From: Octopus sinensis
Taxonomy: Eukaryota
Direction of reading: 5' to 3'
Length of the DNA: 64,000 nt
NCBI RefSeq assembly: GCF_006345805.1
Contig: NC_043011.1
Coordinates: 21,092,464 to 21,156,463, forward strand
Position numbers and translations under genes: made by a program. Positions 38,850-51,699 of this stretch are shown here, one piece after another. A model generated the notes under the pieces. The model was not told where the DNA came from. It saw nothing but the letters and a program-made list of their open reading frames with translations, and made no database searches. Position 1 is the stretch's first letter. Each line of letters opens with the position of its first letter.

Positions 38850-39160
38850 TTCGAGCCTACTCTAAGCTACTAAGAATGCGTGTGGCAACTTGAAGATGCA
38901 CCCACCACACATGATAGACTAGCGGTTGCACGGGCGCGAAAGCTATCCTCATTCCGTAAACGGTGGCTTTTTAACGGGTGGAGAGCTGAACCATCCTGGG
39001 TTACACCATGTTTCCTCTGCTTTGTGGCAGAAGTAGGAAGAAAGAGTGAAAGAAAGTTGTGGTGAAAGAGTACAGCGGGGTTCACCCACCGCCGCCGGAG
39101 CCTCATGGAGCTTAGGTGTTTTTGCTCAATAAACACTCACAATACCCGGTCTGGGAATCG
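38850..39160 (-). mobile_element. SINE family C body joined to a different 3' tail
   Basis: ~39025-39160 matches family C; ~38850-39025 does not. Confidence 0.55.
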
Positions 39161-40004
39161 TGCTACGTAGCTGATGGCGAACAATTTATTTGTTTTTGTG
39201 AACTAAATATATGACAAGAAAATTGCAGCGAAGCTGCTTAATAATGGTGTCAAACGTGGCATGCAGACCATCATATAATTTGTTCTATTCTTCTCTCCCG
39301 TTTTACTAATTCAGTGTGCGCATGTGCATTGCGCGTTCATACTTCTCTTTCTGGTTCCTACTCAAAACTGTTTACATATCACAACCATCTCACGAACATT
39401 CGTGAGGAGCGTTTAGCGCTCCGATGATTGTCAATAAAAAAAAAACTAAGAAAAAAGACTGTGATTTAACGCATGCGCCTTAGTGCATGTAACATTCGTC
39501 GCTGTCGGCAACACTTCCTTGGCTACCAACAACAAATAAACAACAGCCGTTACAAACAACAAGTAAACATCATTACCACTACCGCCATCACCACCACTGC
39601 CACCGCTATTTCCAACGATCATCTATTTTGTTTTCCTTTTTTTTTCTTCTCTGGCATTCTTTTTCTCTATGTCTTTTCAGTTACTTCCCTTAGCGTGATG
39701 CGCAAGGTAGGTAGGTAGGTAGGTACTATCGTATTCATTTGTATTTGTGTGTGTGAACATTGGTATAATAAATAATGGATTATTTTAATTTATTTATATA
39801 TCTATTGAAATAATATTTATATATTCGTAATAAAAACAAACAAACTACTTCAAATAGCATTAAAATGTTTGTCATGTATACGGTTTTGCCATATTATAAT
39901 TCTGAGAACATCCAAATATTTAGAGAGCAAAAGAGGTATGTAGGAAGGTATGAGGAGAGAGAAGGAGAAATAGAGGGAGAGGGAGAGAGAGTGAGAGAGA
40001 GAGA

Positions 40005-40080
<76 letters not shown>

Positions 40081-40229
40081 ATGAGTGTATGAGATGTATT
40101 TGTTATTTTAAAATAATTTCGGAGCGAGATTGCGTTTCGAAATGAAATAATCTTTTTATTATAGAAATATAATCACAGAAAAGAAAAAGCTTAATGAGTG
40201 CATAAAATGTATATAGATACCCACACGCG

Positions 40230-40260
<31 letters not shown>

Positions 40261-40289
40261 CACGTACATATACACACATGTATGTGTTC

Positions 40290-40325
<36 letters not shown>

Positions 40326-40464
40326 ACATTGCGTTTGTATTTGTGTATGAGTGCGCATAAGTATGCATGCAACTATAAACCACATGCATTGCATCAATTC
40401 ATGATTGAGGCGTACGTATATATGTGTTCACTGTATGTATACATGTATGTATGTATAATATATA

Positions 40465-40693
40465 AGGCGGCGAGCTGGCAGAAACGTTAGCACGCCGGGC
40501 GAAATGCTTAGCGGTATTTCGTCTGCGTTACGTTGAGTTCAAATTCCGCCGAGGTCGACTTTGCCTTTCATCCTTTCGGGGTCGATAAATTAAGTACCAG
40601 TTACGCACTGGGGTCGATGTAATCGACTTAATACCTATGTCTGTCCTTGTTTGTCCGCTCTGTGTTTAGCCCCTTGTGGGTAATAAAGAAATA
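40465..40693 (+). mobile_element. SINE family B, full length
   Basis: Near-consensus body. Confidence 0.9.
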
Positions 40694-40791
40694 TGTATAA
40701 TATATAATATTATATATATATATATATATATATAATATAATGTATATATGTGTATGTATATCTGTATATGTATGCATATATATATATATAT

Positions 40792-40867
<76 letters not shown>

Positions 40868-40873
40868 ATGTGT

Positions 40874-41150
40874 GGAGGTGCAATGGCCCAGTGGTTAGGG
40901 CAGCGGACTCGCGTTTCGATTCCCAGACCGGGCGTTGTTGAGTGTTTATTGAGCGAAAACACTTAAAAGCTCCACGAGGCTCCGGCAGGGGGTAGTGATC
41001 CCTGCTGTACTCTTTCTCTAACTCTTTCATCTGTTGGCCTGCTCGCTTAACCAGCGGGGTGGCGTTATTCGAAGGCTAAAACAATGCGAACGCATTGTGA
41101 CCAACGATGTGTAGCAACATCTGATGGTCTGGTCGGTCACGTGATCACGT
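40874..41150 (+). mobile_element. SINE family C
   Basis: Homology to 1287-1563. Confidence 0.85.
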
Positions 41151-41527
41151 GATACATATATATAAATGTATACATATAGAGTAGTGGTACAAAAGCACCA
41201 ATGTTTACTGGAAATAGCAGTCGTTAAATTTACGACGCTATAATAAAGCTTCACTGTATATATACTGACAAATCAATGCCCGTATATATATTACATCAAT
41301 GCCAGTATACTCGCCTGAATGCCTAGCTGTTGACAGAACCGAGAACAGTGAAAACGTTTATATATAAATGTATGTATGCATGATATATATATATCGACCT
41401 CGAACACACAAGTGCAAACAAGGGAGACAGAGAAAGGCAGAATGCCACTTATATTTGAACACTATACAAATATTCCTTTAAAAAAACTTTTCTTTTAATT
41501 TTTCTAAATTTAATTATTTAATCGTTA

Positions 41528-41565
41528 CAGTTGAAAAGGTCTCAAAATGACCGAAACCGGTACTG
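41528..41565 (+). ncRNA. Degenerate hammerhead-like motif
   Basis: CAG-uugaaaa-GGUC-ucaaaau-GACC-GAAA-CCG-GUA/CUG; core deviates at C3 and G8. Confidence 0.35.
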
Positions 41566-41613
41566 AAATGTTCTTTATAAAATTATTTTAGCATTTTCTA
41601 TCTTGACTTGTTT

Positions 41614-41651
<38 letters not shown>

Positions 41652-41654
41652 AAG

Positions 41655-42640
41655 GTAAAGTTACTTGAGGTTGTCGACTCGTTCGCCTACCTTGGAATCT
41701 CTGTTCAAAATGATGCAAATTTTGATACAGAAATACAGCTGCGAATTCAAAGGGCATCAAAAGCATTTGGTGGCTTGGCGTCACCCGTTTGATGCCAGTG
41801 ACATATAAATAAGAATACAAAGCTGGCTCTTTACAAATCATGTGAAACTTGGACTTATGAAAGGCATTTTAAACTGCTAGATCAATTCCACCAAAAATGC
41901 CTTCATCGCATTTTAAAATTTAAATGGAGTTCTTTTACTCCAAACACAGATGTCCTTGCATCTGCAGGCATCACCACAATTAAAGCCATGATTTTGAGGA
42001 ACCAATTGAGATGGTGTGGCCATATTGATCGAATGGCAGATGAACGCATGCCGAAACAGCTGTTTTGTGGTGAGCTTTCAGAGGGGAAACGCTATCGGCG
42101 TAAACCTAAAAAGAGGTTTAAGGACTACTATGAAGTTACTTGGAATGGTCCCAGAAGATATAGAAACCCTTGCTTCGGATCGAGTTGGATGGCGAAAAAA
42201 GGTGTGGAGTGGAGTAAAAGCATTTGAAGAGGCCAGGATAAAACAAGTAAGACTCAAAAGAGATCTAAGGAAGAATGTAACGATCAAGAAGGTGAATGAC
42301 AATGACCTTTTTTGTGCACAGTCTGTGACAGACCAGACCTGTCTTTGGCTGGCCTCAAATCTCATCTGCAAACGCATGGAAAACGAACCCCCACCAACTA
42401 TTCTGACTATATGTCTGCGCAGACCTTTGAATGCAGTGTATGCCAGAGGTTTGCGAATCCAACAGAGGCCTCAAAAGACATGTTAAGATCCACAAAGAGC
42501 AGAACTTATCTGCAGGTATTGGTGATCCAAATCAGAGGTGCAATCTATGTGGGTTATCATTCTCTCATCTTAATGTTAAGGAATGGTGAAATAAAGGAAA
42601 GGTGTTTAAAAAAAACTGTCTGCACACACTACATTCTAGA
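41655..42640 (+). mobile_element. RTE LINE 3' fragment (RT C-terminus, C2H2-like motifs)
   Basis: VDSFAYLG; LRWCGHIDRMADERMPKQLFCGELSEG; CTVCDRPDLSLAGLKSHLQTH. Confidence 0.85.
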
Positions 42641-43318
42641 ATAAAGTCGAATACGTTATCTCAAGTACTTATTCTATCGACCTTACGAAGACGCAAGGAA
42701 AAGTGAACCGGGGTGAGATTTGATACCAGAACTTAAAGGAGCTGAGCGAACTCTACCAATTATATCATACTGTGTACTACCGTGTCTGCCATCTAGCTGC
42801 AACTGATATGACATGGTGTCATGTACATTAGGCATGTTTGCAGTATTGCTACCGCCGTTTATTTATGAGATTATACCATCCAGTCTGTGATGATTATTAT
42901 TGTTTGGTTTAATAAAGCTAGTTTTCTTCATGTTATGAATTTTTTTCTTTACTATTCTGGAAAGTGGCTTGCAAATTCAATATACGAAACGTTTTCATTT
43001 CGCATAAATTGTGTCCGTGTATTACATTCTTTCGTATTTAGCAATCAAGAAAATCTAGAGTCCAAAGAAATTTGTAATCTTCTTCGTCAATAAACATTTA
43101 ATAGAATTCGGAAAATAGATAACAGGATTGAAAATTAAAAACTGATATTTGAAAATATTACACAGAAGATTATTCCATGTGGTTTAATCTATACAAAAGA
43201 TTAATCTAGACCGGAATAGCAGTAGACTGAGTATGCTGTATGCATTTGGATATGCAATAATAATGTGATGATGATGATGATAATAGCAATAATAATAATA
43301 ATAATAATAATGATGATG

Positions 43319-43371
<53 letters not shown>

Positions 43372-43587
43372 ATTTTCAGCTTTAAAAACTTTAATAGCCA
43401 CAACTGCTGTGAATACTCATTCTTCCCTCTGTAAACATCCCCCCTTTTTTTTAAAATATATTGCTAAATGAGATGTCAGTGTTATTTTAATTTTTGCGTA
43501 ACTTAGAGGACAGTTTAATTCACCACACGTGATATATATATATAATATATATATTATATATATATATATATATATTATATATAGATC

Positions 43588-43619
<32 letters not shown>

Positions 43620-43620
<1 letters not shown>

Positions 43621-44140
43621 GGTGGCTGCCCCTCGTTATCGAGTATGGCCATTGCACGAAGCTCAATCAATGTTGTTATCGTGCAATGCCTGTGCAAGAA
43701 TATTCTTTTTAAAGTGAGGAAAGGCTGTGCACTGAGTCAATCCCATTCACTAAGCAGCAGCGGCAGCAGCCATAATCCGAAAAGAAGAACAAGTCAACAT
43801 CATCGGTAACCACTGAGCCGCAGGTTTTATGTCGGAGTTATCCCAGTTAGAAGGATGCCCTAACAAAGGCTAGGAGTCCTTCACTCCCAATGGTTTAACC
43901 GCACTATCGGGTATTCAGTCCGATTATTTCTATGTCCCCGCGTATGATAAAGCCTTAAGACATTTATTGGATGGCCGTTGACTCTCAAGAGTTCCTCCGC
44001 CCTTTGACGGGTTTTGATTTTCATCCCGCAGGGTGTCCAATAAATACCCTCCTCGCCAAGCAAGCTTAGTGGGGTTGCCGGTTTAGTCGCCGACGACCCT
44101 ACCATGCAACAGGTTGTACTGGGTTACCAGTAGCACTCGA
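43620..44140 (-). mobile_element. Probable RTE-type 5' UTR fragments
   Basis: ggcgactaaaccggcaacccc motif and GC-richer composition; recalled similarity only. Confidence 0.35.
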
Positions 44141-44157
44141 AAGTGACCTGACACATA

Positions 44158-44219
<62 letters not shown>

Positions 44220-44324
44220 TGCAGTCTTGAGACACGTGGTATATTCATTCGGCGCTTGTGATCATACATACAACTGGAATATAAAACTTTACTTTACTCG
44301 GTGGATATATATATATATATATGA

Positions 44325-44560
44325 TTTTGGCATTCTTTTATCTCGGGAGACAATGGAGTTGCGCATAAACTAATCCAGTCTGGTTTTTACATTTCATGTT
44401 CTCTCCAGTTTTGCATAGGCCTGGGCTAGATGTAAGAAAATCCTGGATAGCCCAATCGTCAGGATTCGTCTATCGACCTTGCTGACGTAGTCCAAAGGAA
44501 TGTAGGGCATTATGTTTGGCACCAGCATGGTTGCAGGAGCTGCCGGAAGAGTATCGAGTC
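44325..44560 (-). mobile_element. Short retroposon sharing the RTE 3' tail of 61800-61890
   Basis: tgcgcaactccattgtctcccgaga motif in reverse complement. Confidence 0.6.
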
Positions 44561-45436
44561 GAATAACTAAACCATAATATATACGATATATATACGAATA
44601 ACTAAACCACTATATATACGATATATATACGGTTAGTAAGGAGAGACACAAATAAGTGAGAAGAAAACAAAGGACCACTGATGCGGTCACAGGAGTGTGA
44701 CGAAAGAACTCTGGCCGAAATAAGATTAAGATTAATGTAAAAAATAAATAACACTAAAGCAAATTGACACCAAATATATAGTGCGTGTATTTTTATTGGC
44801 TAAACTGGCAAAATGACCATTCCGAAATATAACAATAAATATTAATTAATTTCATTAAAATACTTCAAGATTTTGATGAAATTATTGGTAATACACTATC
44901 AGCATACTTATGCTGTGGAGTAAAATTAACTCTCTAGAGCTAGGTTTTTAGATATTGGGATAGATATTCCTGTTGACTATGTACAAATAATTTATTTTAT
45001 GTACACTTGAAGATTTGGAAAAATGGAATAAACATATGAGACAACATGGTTCTATTTTCCAAGAAAATTAGTGCAAAAATATATAATTGCAAATGAGAAA
45101 TGAAACGAACTGCAGATTTCATTCCTACTGCAAAATATTAGCCAACAATCGAAAAGATTTTTGCAAGATAAACACATTTACAACAATTCTATTTAGGAGA
45201 GCAGAAAAAATGTACAAATCAGGATAATGAAAGCGATGGTAATTATTATTTCGATTTTTTTTTTACTGTTTATACTGTCCGTTCAATGTTGATGACTGTG
45301 GCGTCATTGTGTTTTGAAAAACCTTAATTCTTTTTATTCATTCATTTATTTATTTTTGGTGAATAATTGCAGATGAACAGCAGCTGCCACGTTCAGAACG
45401 AGCTCTCCGCTGCTGAGGGTACCACCAGATATATAT

Positions 45437-45480
<44 letters not shown>

Positions 45481-45539
45481 TATATATATATCATAGATAT
45501 ATATAAATATATAAACACACATATATATTTATATAGATA

Positions 45540-45577
<38 letters not shown>

Positions 45578-45580
<3 letters not shown>

Positions 45581-45778
45581 TGCTTTTCAAACTTTTTGCT
45601 GGAGCGGAACCCCAAGGAAACATTCCACTGGCTCGAGGAACCCCTGTGCAATAATTTATTATCTTATGCACACATATCTGCACAGGAGAATTAAAAATTA
45701 CTGCCGATTTTAGCAGTTTTGTAACTTCTTGCGGAACCCCTGGACTGTACTACCTGAACCCTGGTTGAATACCAGTGA
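45578..45778. mobile_element. hAT MITE
   Basis: agtgcttttcaaac...ggttgaataccagtg termini; repeated ggaacccc subterminal motifs. Confidence 0.6.
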
Positions 45779-46324
45779 TATATATATATATATATATATA
45801 TAAAGCAGATTAGATAATGGAGAGAGTATAACATGCCCTGACTCCAAAACTGTGCCCCATACAATAATATTGGCATCAAATTTTGGCACAAGAATTACAA
45901 GCAACGTTGGAGATGTAAGACGAATCAACTTAAACACTTTATCGAATGTGAAACTATTTCTAATAAATAATAAGAAATATTGGTTTCAAATTTTGGTACA
46001 AGTCTAGCAATTTCGGAGGAGGGGGCTAGTCGATTACTTCGACTCCAGTTCTGAAATGGTACTTATTTTATCGACCCCGTAAAGGATGAAAGGCGAAGTT
46101 TACCTCAGCGGAATATGAACTCAGAACGCGAAGACGGACGAAATGCCGCTAAGCATTTTAACCGACGTGCTAACGATTCTGTCAGCTCGCTTCCTTAGCA
46201 ATAAGAAATATTAAAAACAGAATTGAAAGAAATCCCACATACAATGCACCCTAAAAAACAACAATAGATGTAAAAGAACTGATAAAACACACTTACACAC
46301 ATACACAGACACACATACGGAACA

Positions 46325-46633
46325 CTCCGTCGGTTGCGACGACGAGGGTCCCAGCTGATACAATCAACAGAACAGCTTGCTCGTGAAATTAACGTGTAAG
46401 TGGCTGAGCACTCCACAAACACGTGTACCCTTAACGTAGTTCTCGGGGAGATTCAGTGTGACACAGTGTGTGACAAGGCCGGCCCTTTGAAATACAGGTA
46501 CTACTCATTTTTGCCAGCTGAGTGGACTGGAGCAACGTGAAATAAAGTGTCTTGCTCAAGGACACAATGCGCCGCCGGGAATTGAACTTACTATCGCAAG
46601 CCGAATGCCCTAACCACTAAGCCACGCGCCTTC
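46325..46633 (-). mobile_element. SINE family D, full length
   Basis: gaaggcgcgtggcttagtggttaggg head; gtgtccttgagcaagacactt domain. Confidence 0.8.
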
Positions 46634-46689
46634 ACACAGACACACATACACACAAATACACAGACAAAGATAAGTTCAACACAGCAATG

Positions 46690-47130
46690 AAAGCAAATAA
46701 AATGAACCTTTGACTTTAACCAGTTGAGCATGTCTCTTAGTGGCTGACGATATGTGCATCTCTGATTACGAGCAGAAGTAGTGGGGGAGCATCATAGCCA
46801 TGTGTTGAGAAGAATCCTTTGAGCTTTGAATAATTCACCTCTGGAAACATGGGTGTTTCATTCAACATCCTTAAACAACCCTTATTCAGGGACCTTTTGA
46901 GCAGGATGGGCTACTCGACCTAAAGAAAATTCTGTGTCCCACCTGCAAGGTCATACGCTGTTAATCTTGATATGAGATCACTGTGTCGCGTACACATGGT
47001 TGTGATGCATGTGCTTGGTGTACCCTTATCAGATGGGTAGTCACGATGGGTATACTGGGCTTCGTATATTTTACCCCATTGTCATTTTGATGGCATGCAT
47101 TGCTCTCTCACTCAACAACAACAACAACAA
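46690..47130 (+). mobile_element. Unclassified retroposon-like repeat with (CAA)n tail
   Basis: Ends ...tgcattgctctctcactcaacaacaacaacaac. Confidence 0.35.
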
Positions 47131-47316
47131 GAATCGCTAGCCTTGACAGCGTCTGGACGTGTACTTCGCTGCTCTGACCAGTCAGCAGCCGAAGACACAG
47201 AAACACTAATTCAACTCAACAGAACAACTGAAAAATAACTTTCAAACAGTGGAACATCTACAATCCCTTGTGAGTATTTTGAATTTCCTTCAAAATAAGT
47301 GTAGAAATTTACATAT

Positions 47317-47745
47317 CTACAATTTTCTCTGGACGGACACACAAACGATCATCTTTAAAAACTTTAAAAACTTTAATATTTACAACTTTTGTGAATACCT
47401 ATCCTTTCTTTTCTCCCTGAATATTCGGAAATGTAAATATTCTTTTTATTGTAAGAACACTACAGTTTTCGCTGGTCGGACAAACAAACGATCATCTTTA
47501 GAAACTTTTAAAACTCTAATACCTACAATTTTCTATGAAAATTTTACCCTTCTTTCCTTTCATTTCCTTTTTCCCTGAGTATTCGAGAATATAAACATTT
47601 TTATTGCAAGAACACTACAGTTTTCTCTGGACGGACATCTTTAGAAATTTTTAAAACTTTATTATCTACAATTTTCTGTGGAAATTTTACCTTTGTTTTC
47701 TCCCTGACTACTCGAATATGTAAACATACTTTTTTATTGCAACGA
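47317..47745 (+). repeat. Three imperfect ~130-155-bp tandem units
   Basis: ctaca(a/g)ttttc(t/g)ctgg(a/t)cggaca at ~47317, ~47460 and ~47616. Confidence 0.75.
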
Positions 47746-48239
47746 CAAATTTAGCGCACGATAAAAATAAGGAGATAAGCACCTGCCAATATATACAAAC
47801 TTCACTATTAAGAAAACTGTAAATCAAAGCTAAACTTATAAAAGGAAAAGGAAAATCCCAAAAATCCCACCCCCACAAAAAAATTCAAAAATTCAACGAT
47901 GTAAACATCAGTATATATATAGTGTTATTTTTTCTATCAGTAATTAAAAACAGAACAAAGTGAATTGGTTCTTTCCAAGGCCAAATTCAGCGCTCTCATT
48001 GATCGCTAGCAGTAGTAAGCACATTTGACCTCTGCTGACTGCAAGAGTGTGACGCCTCTTTTGTCTCCTGATCACACAGGAATGCGAAACCCCATTGCTG
48101 GTCTTCTCATCATCTGCTGAACCTATTTACAGACCTATGGAATATGGTCTATTCAGCAAGCTGCTTCTCTTTCTCCTACTATCCCCATCCAACCCTCACA
48201 TATTTATGATTATCTCAAATACAAGACAAAAGTCGAAAC

Positions 48240-49720
48240 TAAACAGCATTTAATAATACCACCTAGTAGTAAGAGAAAAGATGGCATCTCAAGACGATTA
48301 CAATACCAGCAAATTGTAGGAGCAATTTTGGGACAATAATAGAAGAGTTGAAACAGCGTACCATAACAGGAGCAGAAAGCTCTCCAGGTATCAGAAAAGA
48401 ACAAATCAGTATCAACATAATAGATTATTTGAGACAGACCAGAGGAGATTTTTATAACCTAATAAATAGTTGAGCACGAAGTAGGGAAGATGAGAAACCT
48501 AATGCAGAAGAAGCTAGAAAGTTCTGGAGTAATGTTTGGGATAAGCCAGTAAATCATAACGGAAATGCAGTATGATTAAAGAAAGTTAGGGAAGAAGTAG
48601 TGAGTGAGAAGTAGCCAGATCTATGATTAACTAGTGCATTAATGAGTAAAGTGTTAGGGAAAAAAATGCCGAATTGGAAGGGTCCACGGCCAGATTTAGT
48701 TCAAGGATACTGACAAAAAAAATTCAGTAGTTTATACGGGAGGCTGAGGGAACAACTTCATGATTACCTTAATGGAGGAATAATACCTAATTGGATGGCT
48801 AGAGGGAGGACAATGTTCATTATGAAAGATAAGAGCAAGAGTAATACAACTAGCAACTATAGACCAATCCCTTGCTCATCATTAGTGCAGAAGTTGTTAA
48901 CAGGAAAGCTTTCAGAAAGCATTTACGAGCACCTTGACAACCAGAATTTACTACCCGAAGAGAAAGGTAGCATGAAGAATGCTAGACGAACGCATGTTCT
49001 ATTATATATAGACAAAGCAGTTCTAAATGAAGTATATTAAGAGAATTAATTAGCTGTAACATGAAGAAATGAAAAGTAGATTTCTACTCAGGTGACACAC
49101 TCTTAGGGAAAGTTAATATCAAAAGGGGAATTTTCCAGGGGGACTCGTTGTCTCCTTTAATATTTGCCTCATGTTTGATCCCCTCCGGTTTAGTATTATG
49201 GAAGGCAAAGGCAGGGTATCAGTTCAGAAATATTTTTCTTTACTGCCCACAAGGGGCTAAGCACAGAGGGGACAAACAAGAACAAACAAACGGATTAAGT
49301 TGACTACATCGACCCCAGTGCGTAACTGGTACTTATTTATTCGACCCCGAAAGGATGAAAGGCAAAGAAGACCTCGGCAGAATTTGAACTCAGAACGTAA
49401 CGTCAGACGAAATACGGCTACACATTTCGCCTGGCGTGCTAACGTTTCTGCCAATTCAGAAATAGTAATGGAAAAATTAACCATTTGCTTTACATGGAAG
49501 ATCTGAAGCTTTTAGTAAGAATGAAAAAGAGACAGATTCCTTAACACAGACTGTAAGAGTCTTCAGCAGAGATTTAGGTATGGAAGTTGGCATAGATAAG
49601 TGTGCAATATTAGTCATGAGAAGGAGACATGTAGTCAACAGCGAAGGCATCCAATTGCCAGATGGCCAGACATTAAAGTCATTGAAAGGTGGAGAGAGTT
49701 ATAAGTTCTTAGCATCTAGG
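48240..49720 (+). mobile_element. R4/Dong-clade non-LTR retrotransposon fragment interrupted by SINE-B
   Basis: IEELKQR...NRLFETDQRRFY; SNYRPIPCSSLVQKLLTG; RGIFQGDSLSPLIF; HLLYMEDLKL; SINE-B (49233-49454, minus) with ttcagaaata TSD. Confidence 0.8.
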
Positions 49721-49797
49721 GTTATTTGTTTTAGCCCGATGTTAGGTATTTTTCTTTCCCAACAGTTTAATCTGTTGTGCGTATATGAAATACTACA

Positions 49798-49856
<59 letters not shown>

Positions 49857-49872
49857 CACCACCACCACCACC

Positions 49873-49950
<78 letters not shown>

Positions 49951-50142
49951 CCTTTCTACAAAATCGGAACTTTATGGGGAGTGGGATAATGTCGATTACA
50001 TCGACCCTAGTGCTCAACTGGTACATTATTGACTCTGAAAGGATGAAAAGCAAAGTCGACCTCGGCGGAATTTTGAACCCAGAAAGTAAAGATGAGCGAA
50101 ATACTGCTAAGCATTTTAACACAGAGTGCAAACGATTTAGCT

Positions 50143-50177
<35 letters not shown>

Positions 50178-50630
50178 ACCAACAACAAGATCAGTGATTT
50201 TTTTTTTCACAAGAGCAAACACATTGTAAAACAGTACAAAAGTAAGCAATTGAAATAAGACAAGAAAGAAAATGAAAATGAGAATGAGTTATCAAGTCAC
50301 AGAGCTACAGATTCATTGCTAACAATGAACAGACAATGAAATATCTGCTAATAAATGTATTTACATATTTATCGTATAGAATAAATTCTAACTTCTTAAA
50401 TTCCAACGTTTCATAACAGTGAGAATGTCTCTTCAATTGACAATGGCCTTTTGTTAGATTTCAGACACTATCAAGTAAAATATTTCTCTTTGCATGTACA
50501 TACGTGAAGGTGTATGTGTTTCTCGTTGCGTGTGTGTGTGTGTGCATGTGTGAATGTATGTATGTGCGCGCGTCTGTGTATGTGTGTGTACGTGTGTATC
50601 TGTGTGCGTGTGCACGTGTATATCTAAATG

Positions 50631-50662
<32 letters not shown>

Positions 50663-50802
50663 CATATATATGCACACACATATGGATATATTTATATGTA
50701 TATGTATATGGATGTATATATCCACATTATATTTATGAATGTACTAGAAGAGATACTCGGCGTTGCTCGGGATTAAAATGGTATAGTTTGTACATATATA
50801 TC

Positions 50803-51280
50803 TATTTCTTTACTACCCACAGGGGGCTAAACACAGAGAGGACAAACAAGGACAGACAAACGGATTAAGTCGATTATATCGCCCCCAGTGCGTAACTGGT
50901 ACTTATTTAATCGACCCCGAAAGGATGAAAGGCAAAGTCGACCTCGGCGGAATTTGAACTCAGAACGTAACGTCAGACGAAATACGGCTACGCATTTCGC
51001 CCGGCGTGCTAACGTTTCTGCCAGCTCGCCGCCTTGCGTTTGTACATATATATCAAGGCGGCGAGCTGGCAGAAACGTTAGCACGCCGGGCGAAATGCGT
51101 AGCCGTATTTCGTCTGACGTTACATTCCGAGTTCAAATTCCGCCGAGGTCGACTTTGCCTTTCATCCTTTCGGGGTCGATAAATTAAGTACCAGTTACGC
51201 ACTGGGGTCGATGTAATCAACTTAATCTGCTTGTTTGTCCCCTCTGTGTTTAGCCCCTTGTGGGTAGTAAATAAATAGGT
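50803..51280. mobile_element. Head-to-head pair of SINE family B
   Basis: ~50803-51036 (minus) and ~51054-51280 (plus); 17-bp TSD gtttgtacatatatatc at 50786-50802 and 51038-51054. Confidence 0.9.
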
Positions 51281-51699
51281 ATACAGTTATGTTGAAACAA
51301 GTGATACGGGAAAGTGCAGTATTAATGACAAAATATTTATGGAGTAAACGATGGTCTAATTCGACTAAGTGACATGTAATACGTCCGTTTGTAGGATTCT
51401 AGGCCCTAACCTATCACAGAAAATTGGGAGGGGAGTATGTAATTTTTGAACCCACCGAAAAACTGTCAATGGATATACTCGCCTTTGAGGCGGTCAGCGC
51501 TGCGTCTAACATGACCCATAGTATAGTTGACAGTCAAATGAATGGAGGTGTAATGGAGATATTGTACGTAAATGGGTATATTCTGGAAATGGGCTGCAAT
51601 GGGAGAAAACAAGTATATAATTGGTAATTCAATGATAAAATATGTTATATGACAAAATGAATACGGAATTTAGTACTTACTTTATATCATATGGCAGCT

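Noticed and set aside
44565-44632. ~35-bp tandem duplication
   Set aside because: Ordinary slippage beside TA-rich sequence
50400-50440. Hammerhead-like UUGAAGA...GAAACGUU (minus)
   Set aside because: C3 lost and stem II and stem I pair poorly; at most a decayed remnant
51424-51627. 67-aa ORF, or a minus-strand exon with a good acceptor at ~51595
   Set aside because: All minus-strand frames stop within ~45 codons and no homology is recognised
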